From: an uncultured Candidatus Saccharibacteria bacterium
GTDB taxonomy: Bacteria > Patescibacteriota > Minisyncoccia > Phycocordibacterales > UBA6899
NCBI GenBank assembly: GCA_964515375.1
Contig: CAZERF010000005.1
Coordinates: 22,482-86,481, forward strand
Direction: 5' to 3'
DNA length: 64,000 nucleotides
Part shown: one piece after another, positions 1 to 9,084 of the stretch
Position numbering within the stretch: the stretch's first letter is position 1
How the letters are laid out: each line of letters opens with the position of its first letter
Position numbers and translations under genes: made by a program
Notes under the pieces: generated by a model
Told to the model about the DNA's origin: nothing
Databases searched by the model: none
Seen by the model: only the letters and a program-made list of their open reading frames with translations

Positions 1-1163
1 GTGAGTGCACGCTGACCCGCCTGTATCTTTCTTTCCTCGATAAAGCCGCGAAGCTTTCCTCGCGCGTTCTCAATGCGCCACTTCACGTGCCCCATATCGT
101 CGGAACGCAATCCTTCAGCAAGGTCGGCATCCGCATCGGCGTGCACGATCTCCACTTCGCCGAGACGTACCGGAATATCTTCCTGATGGGCAAGTGATTC
201 TTGCTTCTTTTTGAGCTGCTTTTCCTCGTACTCGATCATTCCTTCGATACGCCCGGCATTGCGAGAAAGTTCGTCATGGCGACGGCGCACGTCGCGCAAC
301 TTTGCTTCCACTTCAAGAAGCTGACGACTCTTTTCGTCCCCTACGCTCTCGCGTGCCAAAAGCTCTCGCGAATACGCGATCTTGATGTTAAGATCGGCAA
401 GTTCTTGCGCCGGACCCTTGCGTCGTTCCGCGATCTCTTCCCTTTTTCGTCCAAGATAGACCTCTTCGCGCTCGAGATACTCGCGATAGAGTCCGATAAG
501 GCGATCACGGAGCGCACGCCCTTCGTTCACCTTCTCCACTTGTTTCTTGAGGAAGCGCAAATGCGGAGCGATCTCACGACGCAGTGCCTCAGCATCTTTC
601 ATGTTCTCTTCGGTACGCTCCAGACGACGCTCGCTTTCAGCGCGCTTGTACTGGTAGACCTTGAGTCCGAGCGCGTCCTCGAGCATCTCGCGGCGCTCCT
701 TGGGGTTGGCGTTTAAGATACGGTCCGCCTCACCCTGAGAGATCATGTGGTGACCCGACGCGCCGATATGCACCGCCGCGAGAAGTTCAAAAACATCACG
801 CAAGCGCACTTGCGAACCATTGATGAAGTATTGATTGGAGCCGTCGCGATAGACCTCGCGCGCGATCGCGACCTCGTCGAAATCAAGCGCGAATTCACGC
901 TTTGAATTATCAAAGACGATCGTGACATTGGCGCGATTGGCGCGAGAAGCGGACTGAGAGCCGTTGAAGATCATATCTTCTCCACGCTTGCCGCGCATGG
1001 ATTTCATGGATTGCTCGCCGAGAACAAAACGGATCGATTCGGCAACGTTGGATTTGCCGGAACCGTTCGGTCCGACGATCGAGGTGATCTGCGAGTTGAA
1101 CTCCAAAGTCGCCTTTCTTCCAAAAGACTTGAATCCATAGATCTCCAATCGCTTGAGGCGCAT
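1..1163 (-). CDS. smc: Chromosome segregation protein SMC, N-terminal part (truncated by window edge)
   Basis: Minus-strand translation from ATG at 1163: MRLKRLEIYGFKSFGRKATLEFNSQITSIVGPNGSGKSNVAESIRFVLGEQSMKSMRG... (Walker A GPNGSGKS, then long coiled coil). Frame stays open to position 1. The rnc-smc linkage is conserved in many bacteria. Confidence 0.85.
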   Translation of the reverse strand, partial: MRLKRLEIYGFKSFGRKATLEFNSQITSIVGPNGSGKSNVAESIRFVLGEQSMKSMRGKRGEDMIFNGSQSASRANRANVTIVFDNSKREFALDFDEVAIAREVYRDGSNQYFINGSQVRLRDVFELLAAVHIGASGHHMISQGEADRILNANPKERREMLEDALGLKVYQYKRAESERRLERTEENMKDAEALRREIAPHLRFLKKQVEKVNEGRALRDRLIGLYREYLEREEVYLGRKREEIAERRKGPAQELADLNIKIAYSRELLARESVGDEKSRQLLEVEAKLRDVRRRHDELSRNAGRIEGMIEYEEKQLKKKQESLAHQEDIPVRLGEVEIVHADADADLAEGLRSDDMGHVKWRIENARGKLRGFIEERKIQAGQRAL

Positions 1164-1173
1164 TATCCTTCTA

Positions 1174-1182
1174 TTCTAGCAC
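1174..1182 (-). promoter_or_regulatory. Extended -10 element TGcTAGAAT 10 nt upstream of the smc ATG (leaderless-type promoter)
   Basis: Minus strand reads TGTGCTAGAATagaaggataaATG. An identical element with identical spacing precedes gatB. Confidence 0.45.
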
Positions 1183-1210
1183 AAGAATGCGCGAAAGAGA
1201 GCGGAGCAAT

Positions 1211-1945
1211 TCACACTCCCCACCCCTTCACACCAAGCGCCGCCTGAGCCGCCACTTGCTCCGCGTCTTGCTTGGAGCGACCGTGTCCTTTTGCGATCAA
1301 GTCACTTCCCACGTACACGCCCACTTCAAAGCTTTTGTCATGATCAGGGCCCGATTCCTTGGTGACCACATAATTTGGAGTGATTCCGATCCGCTCCTGT
1401 GCTTCCTCCTGAAAACGACTTTTTGCATCCTGCCAAAGGCGCTTTCCCACAATATCGTCGAGGCGCTTAAAAAGGCTTTTGCCGATGAAGTCGCGAGCGA
1501 TATCGTAACCCTGATCAAGGAAGATCGCGCCGATCACCGCCTCAAATGTGTTCGCCAAGATATATTGTCGCGCGCGCCCGGTATCCTTTGACTCCCCGCG
1601 CGAAAGCAAGAGGTATTCGTTCATATTCCACTCGGTCGCGGCATCGGAGATGGAGTTGGTATTCACGAGTGCGGAACGATATGCCGTGAGTCTTCCTTCC
1701 GGCTCTTCGGGATATTGCGCAAAGAGATATTCAGTGATGACAAGTTCGAGTACCGCGTCACCAAGAAATTCGAGACGTTCGTTGTGACGCATCCCCGTCC
1801 CACGGTGTTCATTCAAGTACGAACGATGTGTGAAGGCCTCACGCAACAGGGTGATGTCCTTGAACGCGACACCGATACGTGCCGCAAATTGCTCATAATC
1901 GAAAGTGGAGTGTTCCATGATGTGGAGCACCATTCTCAAAAGCAC
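1211..1945 (-). CDS. rnc: Ribonuclease III
   Basis: ERLEFLGDAVLELVITEYLF RNase III signature plus C-terminal dsRBD. The true start may be the internal Met at about 1924. Confidence 0.9.
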   Translation of the reverse strand: MLLRMVLHIMEHSTFDYEQFAARIGVAFKDITLLREAFTHRSYLNEHRGTGMRHNERLEFLGDAVLELVITEYLFAQYPEEPEGRLTAYRSALVNTNSISDAATEWNMNEYLLLSRGESKDTGRARQYILANTFEAVIGAIFLDQGYDIARDFIGKSLFKRLDDIVGKRLWQDAKSRFQEEAQERIGITPNYVVTKESGPDHDKSFEVGVYVGSDLIAKGHGRSKQDAEQVAAQAALGVKGWGV

Positions 1946-2090
1946 TCAAAATAATGATAAGGGAGTGTTTTTGAGAAAGGTCCTTACAAAAAAGACTAAC
2001 AAATCCAACCAACTTTGACAAGCGGCGCGCGCACGTGGTCAAATATCCATAGCGTACAACGAATACTTGATCTCGAAGAAAAAAGGGTGA

Positions 2091-3005
2091 TCACGCAGCC
2101 TTCTGCATGATGATCGTCAAACCCTTCGTAATGATCGGAAGAATGTCGTCGTAGATATTGAGATCAACGATCTCGGACGCCTTGAACCATCGTGCGTCAT
2201 CGAGTCCACCCTTCCCTTCCTCAAGCGCAAGCGCCTCAAGCGGTGCCGCCGCCAAGAAATAGGTCACATGCTTGCGGATCTTGCCGTTCTCGGGATGCGA
2301 GGCGATGTATTCATTCTCACCGAGTTTTTCTTCGATCACGATAGTGGCGTCAATCTCTTGTTTGATCAAACGAACAGTGCCGCTCTCGGGAGTCTCTCCT
2401 TCTTCCATATGCCCCTTCGAGAGTGTCCAGTGTCCAAAGATGTCATGTACGAGAGCAAGATAGATCTCCCCCCCGGTGCGCGAGTACACCACCGCGCCAC
2501 CCAGACGCTCGACAGGAAGTGTCGCGGGGTCAACGACCTGCTGAGCACGACGCTCTCGAGGCTGGGTCGTTTCGTCCTTCCCCGGCTCGCCGATCTCCTT
2601 GTAGACTGCCCCCAGGACACCATTGACGAATTTGCCACTGTTTTCGCCACCAAAGGTCTTGGCAAGCTCGATCGCCTCATTGATCGCAACCTTGGGAGGA
2701 ACCTCACCGCGATCGCCAAAAAGAAGCTCACAGAGGCCGATACGAAGCACATTGCGGTCGACAACGGAGATACGGTCAATAGGCCACGCAGGGGCGGCCT
2801 TTTCGATGATGCGATCGAGTTCGGGTTGCTTGGCGAGAACGTTTTTGAGTAACGTCTCGATGAATGTATTGTCATTGAGTCCGGGCGCAAACTCGGCAAC
2901 ATTGCGCGCAATGACCTCCTCGACACCTGAGGGGTTGCGACCATTGAAGTCCCATTCAAAAAGGGTTTGCAATACGATACTGCGTGAAAGGTGCCGATTT
3001 GCCAT
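2091..3005 (-). CDS. nusB: NusB antitermination domain fused to a C-terminal Nudix hydrolase domain
   Basis: N-terminal about 140 aa is NusB-like (LSRSIVLQTLFEWDF...AINEAIELAKTFGGENSGKFVNGVLG). After a linker comes a Nudix fold with box GHMEEGETPESGTVRLIKQEIDA, degenerate versus GX5EX7REUXEEXGU. Confidence 0.75.
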   Translation of the reverse strand: MANRHLSRSIVLQTLFEWDFNGRNPSGVEEVIARNVAEFAPGLNDNTFIETLLKNVLAKQPELDRIIEKAAPAWPIDRISVVDRNVLRIGLCELLFGDRGEVPPKVAINEAIELAKTFGGENSGKFVNGVLGAVYKEIGEPGKDETTQPRERRAQQVVDPATLPVERLGGAVVYSRTGGEIYLALVHDIFGHWTLSKGHMEEGETPESGTVRLIKQEIDATIVIEEKLGENEYIASHPENGKIRKHVTYFLAAAPLEALALEEGKGGLDDARWFKASEIVDLNIYDDILPIITKGLTIIMQKAA

Positions 3006-3028
3006 ATGATGAAGATCCTACAGAAAGC

Positions 3029-3057
3029 AGTATAGGTAAATTACCCTTTCAGGTCAA
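3029..3057 (-). promoter_or_regulatory. Sigma70-type promoter TTGACC-N17-TATACT for nusB-nudix
   Basis: Minus strand: TTGACC tgaaagggtaatttacc TATACT, about 23 nt upstream of the ATG at 3005. The same hexamers occur upstream of the thrS leader. Confidence 0.5.
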
Positions 3058-3092
3058 GGAAAAAAGAACGACCCGTTTTGTTCGGATCGTTC
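3057..3092. terminator. Hairpin terminator downstream of rpmF (T-run on minus strand)
   Basis: gaacgacccgttttgttcggatcgttc imperfect stem, followed by a T-run on the minus strand. Confidence 0.4.
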
Positions 3093-3099
3093 TTTTCGC

Positions 3100-3399
3100 C
3101 TATTCGGCTGCTTTTTCTTCTTTCTTTTTTGTCTCCTTCTTCTTTTCTTTCGTCTCCTTCACTTCCTCCGCGGGGGCGGCCTCTACGCCCTTCTTCTCCG
3201 CCTTCTTTGCTACACGGAGTGTTTTCTTCATCGTATCGACGACCTCACGGCCGCGATAGGTGCCACAATTTCCGCAAACACGATGCATCAAATGCTCTTT
3301 ATTGCACTTTTCGCAGACGACAAATCGTGCACCCTTGAGTGCATGATGTGAACGACGGTTCGCCGTGTGGCCCTTTGTGTGTCGCATTCTTACAACCAT
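3100..3399 (-). CDS. rpmF: 50S ribosomal protein L32 (zinc-ribbon form) with Lys/Glu-rich C-terminal tail
   Basis: RRSHHAL motif, CEKC...CGNC zinc ribbon. About 45-aa KKAEKKGVEAAPAEEVKETKEKKKETKKKEEKAAE extension. Confidence 0.85.
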   Translation of the reverse strand: MVVRMRHTKGHTANRRSHHALKGARFVVCEKCNKEHLMHRVCGNCGTYRGREVVDTMKKTLRVAKKAEKKGVEAAPAEEVKETKEKKKETKKKEEKAAE

Positions 3400-3448
3400 A
3401 ATTCCAACAGTATACGCAAAAGCCTAAAAATAGCAAGCGGGTGGTGGG

Positions 3449-4060
3449 TCACTTTTTCGCGTTGAGGAAATTGGCACAAAATGTCCTACGGTGCAAGGGG
3501 GAAAGCCCGTGTTTTGCAATCGCATGAATATGCTCGGCCGTCCCATAGCCCACATTACGCTCAAATCCGTACTGAGGATAACTGAGTGCTTCTTTCGACA
3601 TTTTCCGGTCACGAAGCACCTTGGCGACAACAGAAGCCATGGCGATCACGGTCTCTTGCGCGTCGCCGTGAATAATGGTCTTTTGGTGCGCATAGATATT
3701 CGGGGCACGCAATCCACCGTCCAAGAGTACTTCGACCGTACCAGGGTCAAGGGAAAGTTTTGCGAGTGAACGAGCGAGCGCGAGTCGTATCGCCGCACTG
3801 ATCCCCTTTTGATCAATGACCGACGCGGAGACAAATGAGGTTGCGAACAAAAGCTCAGGCCCTCGCGCGTGAAACAAACGCGCATACCATTCCTCACGCG
3901 CGCGCGGAGAAAGTTGTTTTGACTCCCTGATCTGCACGAAACTTTTGACCATCGCCGGAGATGCGGCGAGCGCGCAGACAGCAACGGGGCCCGCAAGTGG
4001 TCCGCGCCCCACTTCGTCAATGCCGACGATCTGCCGAATCTTGTGCATGCCCTTCAGCAT
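3449..4060 (-). CDS. rnhB: Ribonuclease HII
   Basis: GIDEVGRGPLAGPVAVCA signature. The ORF continues upstream to 4105, but a start at MLKGMHKIRQIVGIDE is more plausible. Confidence 0.85.
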   Translation of the reverse strand: MLKGMHKIRQIVGIDEVGRGPLAGPVAVCALAASPAMVKSFVQIRESKQLSPRAREEWYARLFHARGPELLFATSFVSASVIDQKGISAAIRLALARSLAKLSLDPGTVEVLLDGGLRAPNIYAHQKTIIHGDAQETVIAMASVVAKVLRDRKMSKEALSYPQYGFERNVGYGTAEHIHAIAKHGLSPLHRRTFCANFLNAKK

Positions 4061-4170
4061 AGTAATGAAGTGAAGAAATGACAACAAAAAAAAGATCCTT
4101 GACAAAACAACAAAAAACGTGCATTATCCCCAATAGAAGTACTCTATTCACAACCGTAAAGGAGAAAGCC

Positions 4171-4887
4171 GTGGACGTCCCCTCTTTTGGCGCAGGTGTG
4201 TTCGCCGGACTGAGCATCTGGTTCTGGGTGTTGCTCTTCATTGAGGCAGGCCTAGGGATCTTCTTAGTCCGTAGTGGATACGGACTGATAGGTGCGTTGT
4301 CGATCATCGCATTCTTTCTCGTCGCGCACTTTTTGACGGGGTTTGATGTCGTTGCCTTCGTCACGCTCTACTGGCACTGGATCATTCTCTGGTTTTTTCC
4401 TGTTGGGGTTTTCGTATCGTTTCTCAAATGGGATCGTTACGTAAAGCGAACACTCGCAGATGTCCAAAAAGATATTTCTTGCGCCATGAAGGAAGCAAGC
4501 CACGAACTTCGAACAACTCGCTGGGAAGACCAAGAAGAGACAACAAGGGTTGCGGGGAAAATAACCTTGCCAGATGATGTCCGCAAGGACCCGGAGAGAA
4601 TCGAAGCAATGGCGAGTGATCTAGACAAGGGAGTGACACCGGAGTGTCTTGTCACACATATTCGCCGGACCCTTCACTACCATCCCGACCTCATCAACTG
4701 GAAAGAGAACAAGAGCCGCATTGCAAGCTGGGTCATCTTCTGGCCGTTCGCACTGATCGGATATTTCTTCGACGACCTTCTTGATGTGATCATCGGCTTC
4801 TTTGGTAAGGCATACACCAAGATCGAAAAGAGGAACATCAGCAACTCCAACATTGACGTACGATTCATTGAGAGTGAAGTGAAATAA
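4171..4887 (+). CDS. Hypothetical polytopic membrane protein
   Basis: AAGGAGAAAGCC-GTG start context. Several hydrophobic helices. Ends TAA, followed by a hairpin plus T-run (4897-4930). Confidence 0.5.
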   Translation: MDVPSFGAGVFAGLSIWFWVLLFIEAGLGIFLVRSGYGLIGALSIIAFFLVAHFLTGFDVVAFVTLYWHWIILWFFPVGVFVSFLKWDRYVKRTLADVQKDISCAMKEASHELRTTRWEDQEETTRVAGKITLPDDVRKDPERIEAMASDLDKGVTPECLVTHIRRTLHYHPDLINWKENKSRIASWVIFWPFALIGYFFDDLLDVIIGFFGKAYTKIEKRNISNSNIDVRFIESEVK

Positions 4888-4896
4888 AAGAAAGTT

Positions 4897-4932
4897 CAGC
4901 AAAACCAAAGGGTTCGGAATGATTTCCGGACC
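4897..4932 (+). terminator. Rho-independent terminator
   Basis: gggttcggaatgatttccggaccc stem followed by TTTTTGTGT. Confidence 0.55.
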
Positions 4933-5013
4933 CTTTTTGTGTACAAAAAACATAACGGCAATGCAGTGACGCAAAAAAAATAGCGCGTTCTTTATAGAGA
5001 ACGCGCCCGGAGG

Positions 5014-5301
5014 TCAATGCAAATGATAATGGGAGCCGAATCTTTTGCAGAATAGCGCAAAGACATGCTGCTCGATCTTGTGATACCACATACCGACCCA
5101 TGCCCAGTACAGAACAGTCAAGAAAAAGAAAATGGCGATCGGAAAATTCCAAGCAGTAGAAAGGTCGGGATGAATCAGTCGAAGATGCACAAAAAGCACC
5201 ATCACGAGAAAAAGCGTAACCCTCAAGAATCGCACATGGGTCATGAGCGCACACATGGACGGGTCGCCGTAGAGCATTTTTCTCCACTCGAGATTAAGCA
5301 A
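5014..5301 (-). CDS. Hypothetical small membrane protein (2 TM helices)
   Basis: 95-aa ORF. Immediately 3' on the minus strand is a perfect hairpin gcgcgttct-ttata-gagaacgcgc followed by T8 (4975-5010), which supports a real transcription unit. Confidence 0.3.
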   Translation of the reverse strand: MLNLEWRKMLYGDPSMCALMTHVRFLRVTLFLVMVLFVHLRLIHPDLSTAWNFPIAIFFFLTVLYWAWVGMWYHKIEQHVFALFCKRFGSHYHLH

Positions 5302-5572
5302 AGCGAGGCGGGTCGCGTCGGTATCTTGCTCATCAAGAGCCCGAACCCGATCACGATTCCCGACAAAAACCGCAGGACGAAATGCGTTGTGAAACGCCGA
5401 TATGGCAATCCTGGCGACACGGTCAAAAAAAACGCGACTTCATGGATACTTCCCCCTTCAAAGAACTCTACTCATTACTCTAGCACCCGGAAAGACTTGT
5501 GGCGAAAAAATTCTTGCGTCTTTGCCGGAAAATCAGTAAAACACTCAATCCCCATCCGACTTCCGCCGACTC

Positions 5573-5581
5573 TGCTATAAT
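5573..5581 (+). promoter_or_regulatory. Extended -10 TGcTATAAT 7 nt upstream of the dnaE ATG (leaderless-type)
   Basis: gactcTGCTATAATagtgcgcATG. Confidence 0.5.
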
Positions 5582-5588
5582 AGTGCGC

Positions 5589-8500
5589 ATGAGTGAGGAA
5601 GTTCAAAAAACAGAGACAAAATTCGTTCACCTCCATACCCACACCCACTATTCCCTGCTTGACGGACTCTCAAAGCCGCATGAACTCGTCAAGATCGCGA
5701 AGGAAGAAGGCATGTCCGCGATCGCGATCACCGACCACGGCGCGATGTATGGAGTCATTGACTTCTACCAGGCCTGCAAAAAAGCAGAGGTCAAACCGAT
5801 CATCGGTATCGAGGCCTATGTCGCCAACCGCACGCGCTTTGACAAAGAACCAGGGATCGACAACAAGCGCTTCCACCTGACCCTTCTTGCCGAGAACATG
5901 ACGGGGTACAAGAACCTCATCAAACTCACCACCGCGGCGAACCTCGAAGGCTACTACTACAAACCCCGCATGGACAAAGACCTCTTACGCACGCATGCGG
6001 AAGGGATCATCGCGCTCTCGGGCTGCCCCGCGGGTGAGCTCGGCCGCGCGATCCTACGCGAACAAGACATGGATCATGCAAAAGAGATCATCGCCGAATA
6101 TCAGGAGATCTTCGGAAAAGAAAATTACTTCCTTGAGATCATGTGGCACGAGGATGTCGAAGGATTCGAGCAGTGGAAAAAAGCACTCATCGCCCTTTCA
6201 AGAGAAACCGGTGTTCCCCTCGTCGCAACACAAGACTCCCACTACCCCACGCTCGATCACGCCAAGGCACACCAAACACTCCTTGCGGTCTCGACCGGTT
6301 CCGATCTTGGCGAATCGGGTATCTTCCAAGGGGGTGGACGCTATCACTTCATGGGAGGTGAGGAAGCAATGACGCTCTTCCATGAGATCCCCGAAGCAGT
6401 CACCAATACCGTCATGATCGCAGATCGCTGCAATGTCGAACTCACACTGGGTAAATTTGTCTTTCCCGACTTCGATCTCCCCCCCGGAGTGACCGCAGAT
6501 GACGCGCTCGCCGAACTCACCACAAAAGGCATGAAGGAGCGAGGACTTTCAGGGGAAGAAGTTGAGGAGCGCCGTCGATACGAACTCGAGGTCATTAAAA
6601 ACAAAGGATATTCACCGTATTTTCTCGTCGTCGCCGACCTTCTTCGTTTTGCAAAAGAAGTCGGGATCTACACCACCGTCCGAGGGTCCGCCGCAGGATC
6701 GTTCGTTGCGTACCTTGCGGGGATCACCAACGTCAACCCGATCGAATTTCAACTTCCGTTCGAACGCTTCTTGAACCCCTTTCGACCCTCCGCGCCCGAT
6801 ATCGATATGGACTTCGCGGATAACCGTCGTGAAGAGGTGATCGAATATGCAAAACGCAAATATGGCGCCGACAAGGTGGCGCAGATCGGGACCTTCGGCA
6901 CAATGATGGCACGTGGTGCAGTACGCGATGTCGCCCGCGCGCTCGGCAAACCCTACGATGTCGGCGACCGCATCTCCAAGATGATCCCAATGGGCTCGCA
7001 AGGATTCCCAATGACGATCGACCACGCCATGGAACTCGAACCGGACCTGAAGAAAGTATATGACACGGAGCACGAAGCACGAGAGATCCTCGACATCGCG
7101 CGCAAGCTTGAAGGGACCGTACGGCATGTCTCGGTCCACGCGGCAGGAGTCGTGATCGCACCAAAGCCACTCGTCGAGTATGTCCCAACCCAGTTTGACC
7201 CCAAGGGTGGCAAACTCATCACGCAGTACGATATGTATACGGTCGGTGAGGACGGCGTTGGCCTCACCAAACTCGACTTCCTCGGGATCAGAAATCTTGC
7301 GATCTTGGGTGACGCGGTGCGACTCGTCAAAAAACATCGCAACATCGATATTGAGATCGAGAAGATCGACTTTGCCGACAAGAAAACATTTGCCATGCTT
7401 GCACGCGGTGAGACCGAAGGACTCTTTCAGTTGAACGGGAGCGGCATGACGAAACATTTGACAGAACTCCATCCCACGACCGTTCATGATATCAACGCCA
7501 TGGTGGCACTCTATCGCCCCGGACCGATGAACAATATTCCCGAATACATCGCGCGTAAACAGGGCAAGAAACGAATCACCTATTTTCACCCGAAAGCGGA
7601 AAAATTCCTCGCAAAATCCTATGGCGTGCTCGTCTATCAAGATGATCTTCTCTATACCGCACTCGAACTCGCCGGATACAACTGGGAATCCGTCGACAAA
7701 TTTCGCAAGGCGGTCGGAAAGAAGATCCCCGCGGAAATGGCCAAACAGCACGTTATTTTCGTCGAGGGATGCCAGTCGCACAGCAAGATGACCGCGGAGG
7801 AGGCCGAGGCGATCTGGGCACTCTTTGAACCCTTCCAAGGATACGGCTTCAACAAAGCGCACGCCGCGTGCTACGGTCGTGTCGCGTATCAGACCGCATT
7901 CATGAAGGCGAACTTTCCCGCCGAATATATGTGCGCGGTACTCACCGCGGAGTCCGGCGACACCGAGACGATCGCAACCATGATCGGCGAGTGTAAGCGC
8001 ATGAAGATCCCGGTGCTTCCTCCCGACATCAATGCCTCCGTTGCCGACTTTACTGTCGTGAAGGGAGAGACCGAAACAGAAGACCAAATTCGTTTTGGTT
8101 TGTATACGATCAAAAATCTCGGCGAAGCGATCTCCGACGCGATCATTACGGAACGTGAAGCGAACGGACACTATCGTTCCTTCACCGAATTTCTCGAACG
8201 TGTCACACACAAAGACCTCAACAAAAAATCCATGGAAGCACTCATCAAGGCGGGGGCATTCGACTCCTTCGGCGAAGACCGCGGCGCGCTCCTGCATAAT
8301 CTCGATGATGCACTCGAGTACCACAAGGCACACGCGAGAGAGAAAGAATCCTCCCAAGTCTCACTCTTTGCCGCAGTATCCGAAACGGCGCGACTCCCCT
8401 CCTTCCGCATGCGTCCCGCACCTGAAGCATCAAAGGACGATATGCTTCGCTGGGAAAAAGAGCTCCTGGGACTCTACATTTCCGGACACCCGCTCGAGAA

Positions 8501-8810
8501 ACATCGCGAGAAGATGGAAAAGGCCGGCGTGAACATCAAGAACCTTGCGGCAAACGGCTACGAAGGGACAAACACCGTGCTTGCCGGGATCATCGAAGAG
8601 GTGCGTATCGTCATCACAAAAAAGAACGAGCACATGGCATTCGTGAAGGTCGCCGACTTTACCGGTGCGATCGAAGTTGTCTTCTTCCCTCGCACATACA
8701 CCGAATGTAAGGAGCAGATCGTCCTCGACCGCTGTATCGCAGTGAAGGGACGTTTCTCCCGTCGCAACGACTCCCCCTCTGTGGTCGCCGAGAACGTGAA
8801 GGCCCTCTAA
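5589..8810 (+). CDS. dnaE: DNA polymerase III alpha subunit
   Basis: PHP domain HLHTHTHYSLLDG. Length about 1070 aa. The ORF opens at 5499, but the start is probably MSEEVQK at 5589. Confidence 0.9.
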   Translation: MSEEVQKTETKFVHLHTHTHYSLLDGLSKPHELVKIAKEEGMSAIAITDHGAMYGVIDFYQACKKAEVKPIIGIEAYVANRTRFDKEPGIDNKRFHLTLLAENMTGYKNLIKLTTAANLEGYYYKPRMDKDLLRTHAEGIIALSGCPAGELGRAILREQDMDHAKEIIAEYQEIFGKENYFLEIMWHEDVEGFEQWKKALIALSRETGVPLVATQDSHYPTLDHAKAHQTLLAVSTGSDLGESGIFQGGGRYHFMGGEEAMTLFHEIPEAVTNTVMIADRCNVELTLGKFVFPDFDLPPGVTADDALAELTTKGMKERGLSGEEVEERRRYELEVIKNKGYSPYFLVVADLLRFAKEVGIYTTVRGSAAGSFVAYLAGITNVNPIEFQLPFERFLNPFRPSAPDIDMDFADNRREEVIEYAKRKYGADKVAQIGTFGTMMARGAVRDVARALGKPYDVGDRISKMIPMGSQGFPMTIDHAMELEPDLKKVYDTEHEAREILDIARKLEGTVRHVSVHAAGVVIAPKPLVEYVPTQFDPKGGKLITQYDMYTVGEDGVGLTKLDFLGIRNLAILGDAVRLVKKHRNIDIEIEKIDFADKKTFAMLARGETEGLFQLNGSGMTKHLTELHPTTVHDINAMVALYRPGPMNNIPEYIARKQGKKRITYFHPKAEKFLAKSYGVLVYQDDLLYTALELAGYNWESVDKFRKAVGKKIPAEMAKQHVIFVEGCQSHSKMTAEEAEAIWALFEPFQGYGFNKAHAACYGRVAYQTAFMKANFPAEYMCAVLTAESGDTETIATMIGECKRMKIPVLPPDINASVADFTVVKGETETEDQIRFGLYTIKNLGEAISDAIITEREANGHYRSFTEFLERVTHKDLNKKSMEALIKAGAFDSFGEDRGALLHNLDDALEYHKAHAREKESSQVSLFAAVSETARLPSFRMRPAPEASKDDMLRWEKELLGLYISGHPLEKHREKMEKAGVNIKNLAANGYEGTNTVLAGIIEEVRIVITKKNEHMAFVKVADFTGAIEVVFFPRTYTECKEQIVLDRCIAVKGRFSRRNDSPSVVAENVKAL

Positions 8811-8821
8811 AAACCGCGAGT

Positions 8822-8850
8822 TTGACCTCTGAACGCGCGAGCGCTATACT
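8822..8850 (+). promoter_or_regulatory. Sigma70 promoter TTGACC-N17-TATACT driving the thrS leader
   Basis: tTTGACCtctgaacgcgcgagcgcTATACT. Confidence 0.5.
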
Positions 8851-8856
8851 CAAAAA

Positions 8857-9040
8857 GTTCACGAGATCGCTTTGGCAACCAACCGAAGGCGACGGGAGAC
8901 CGTCGCGGATCACATCCCCAATCAAGAACACAACAAAGAGTCCTTGGGAATACTCAAGGAAATCGAGGTGGAACCGCGGCACATCGCTCGCCCTCGCAAG
9001 TACATGACCAACGTCGTGTTCTCGCGAGGGCGTTTTTGTT
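8857..9040 (+). promoter_or_regulatory. T-box riboswitch leader of thrS with terminator/antiterminator
   Basis: Three lines of evidence. First, T-box motif AATCGAGGTGGAACCGCGG (8961-8979) versus consensus AATTAGGGTGGTACCGCGG. Second, CGAGG (8964-8968) can pair with CCTCG (8992-8996), flanking a tggaacc bulge, as an antiterminator. Third, a competing 9-bp terminator cgccctcgc (8989-8997) / gcgagggcg (9024-9032) followed by TTTTT. Confidence 0.6.
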
Positions 9041-9084
9041 CCCCCTTCGACACTGTTCGCATTATTCATTCATTACCACACATC

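Noticed and set aside
201-716. 171-aa plus-strand ORF at the window start.
   Set aside because: The opposite strand encodes the clearly recognisable SMC N-terminal domain.
6612-8357. 581-aa ORF antisense to dnaE. Similar long antisense ORFs occur at 9856-10800 (opposite thrS), 11657-13111 (opposite gyrB) and 37618-38271.
   Set aside because: They lie opposite genes with unambiguous homology. They have no recognisable motifs and are low-complexity Arg/Gly/Val-rich, the expected artefact of GC-rich third positions.
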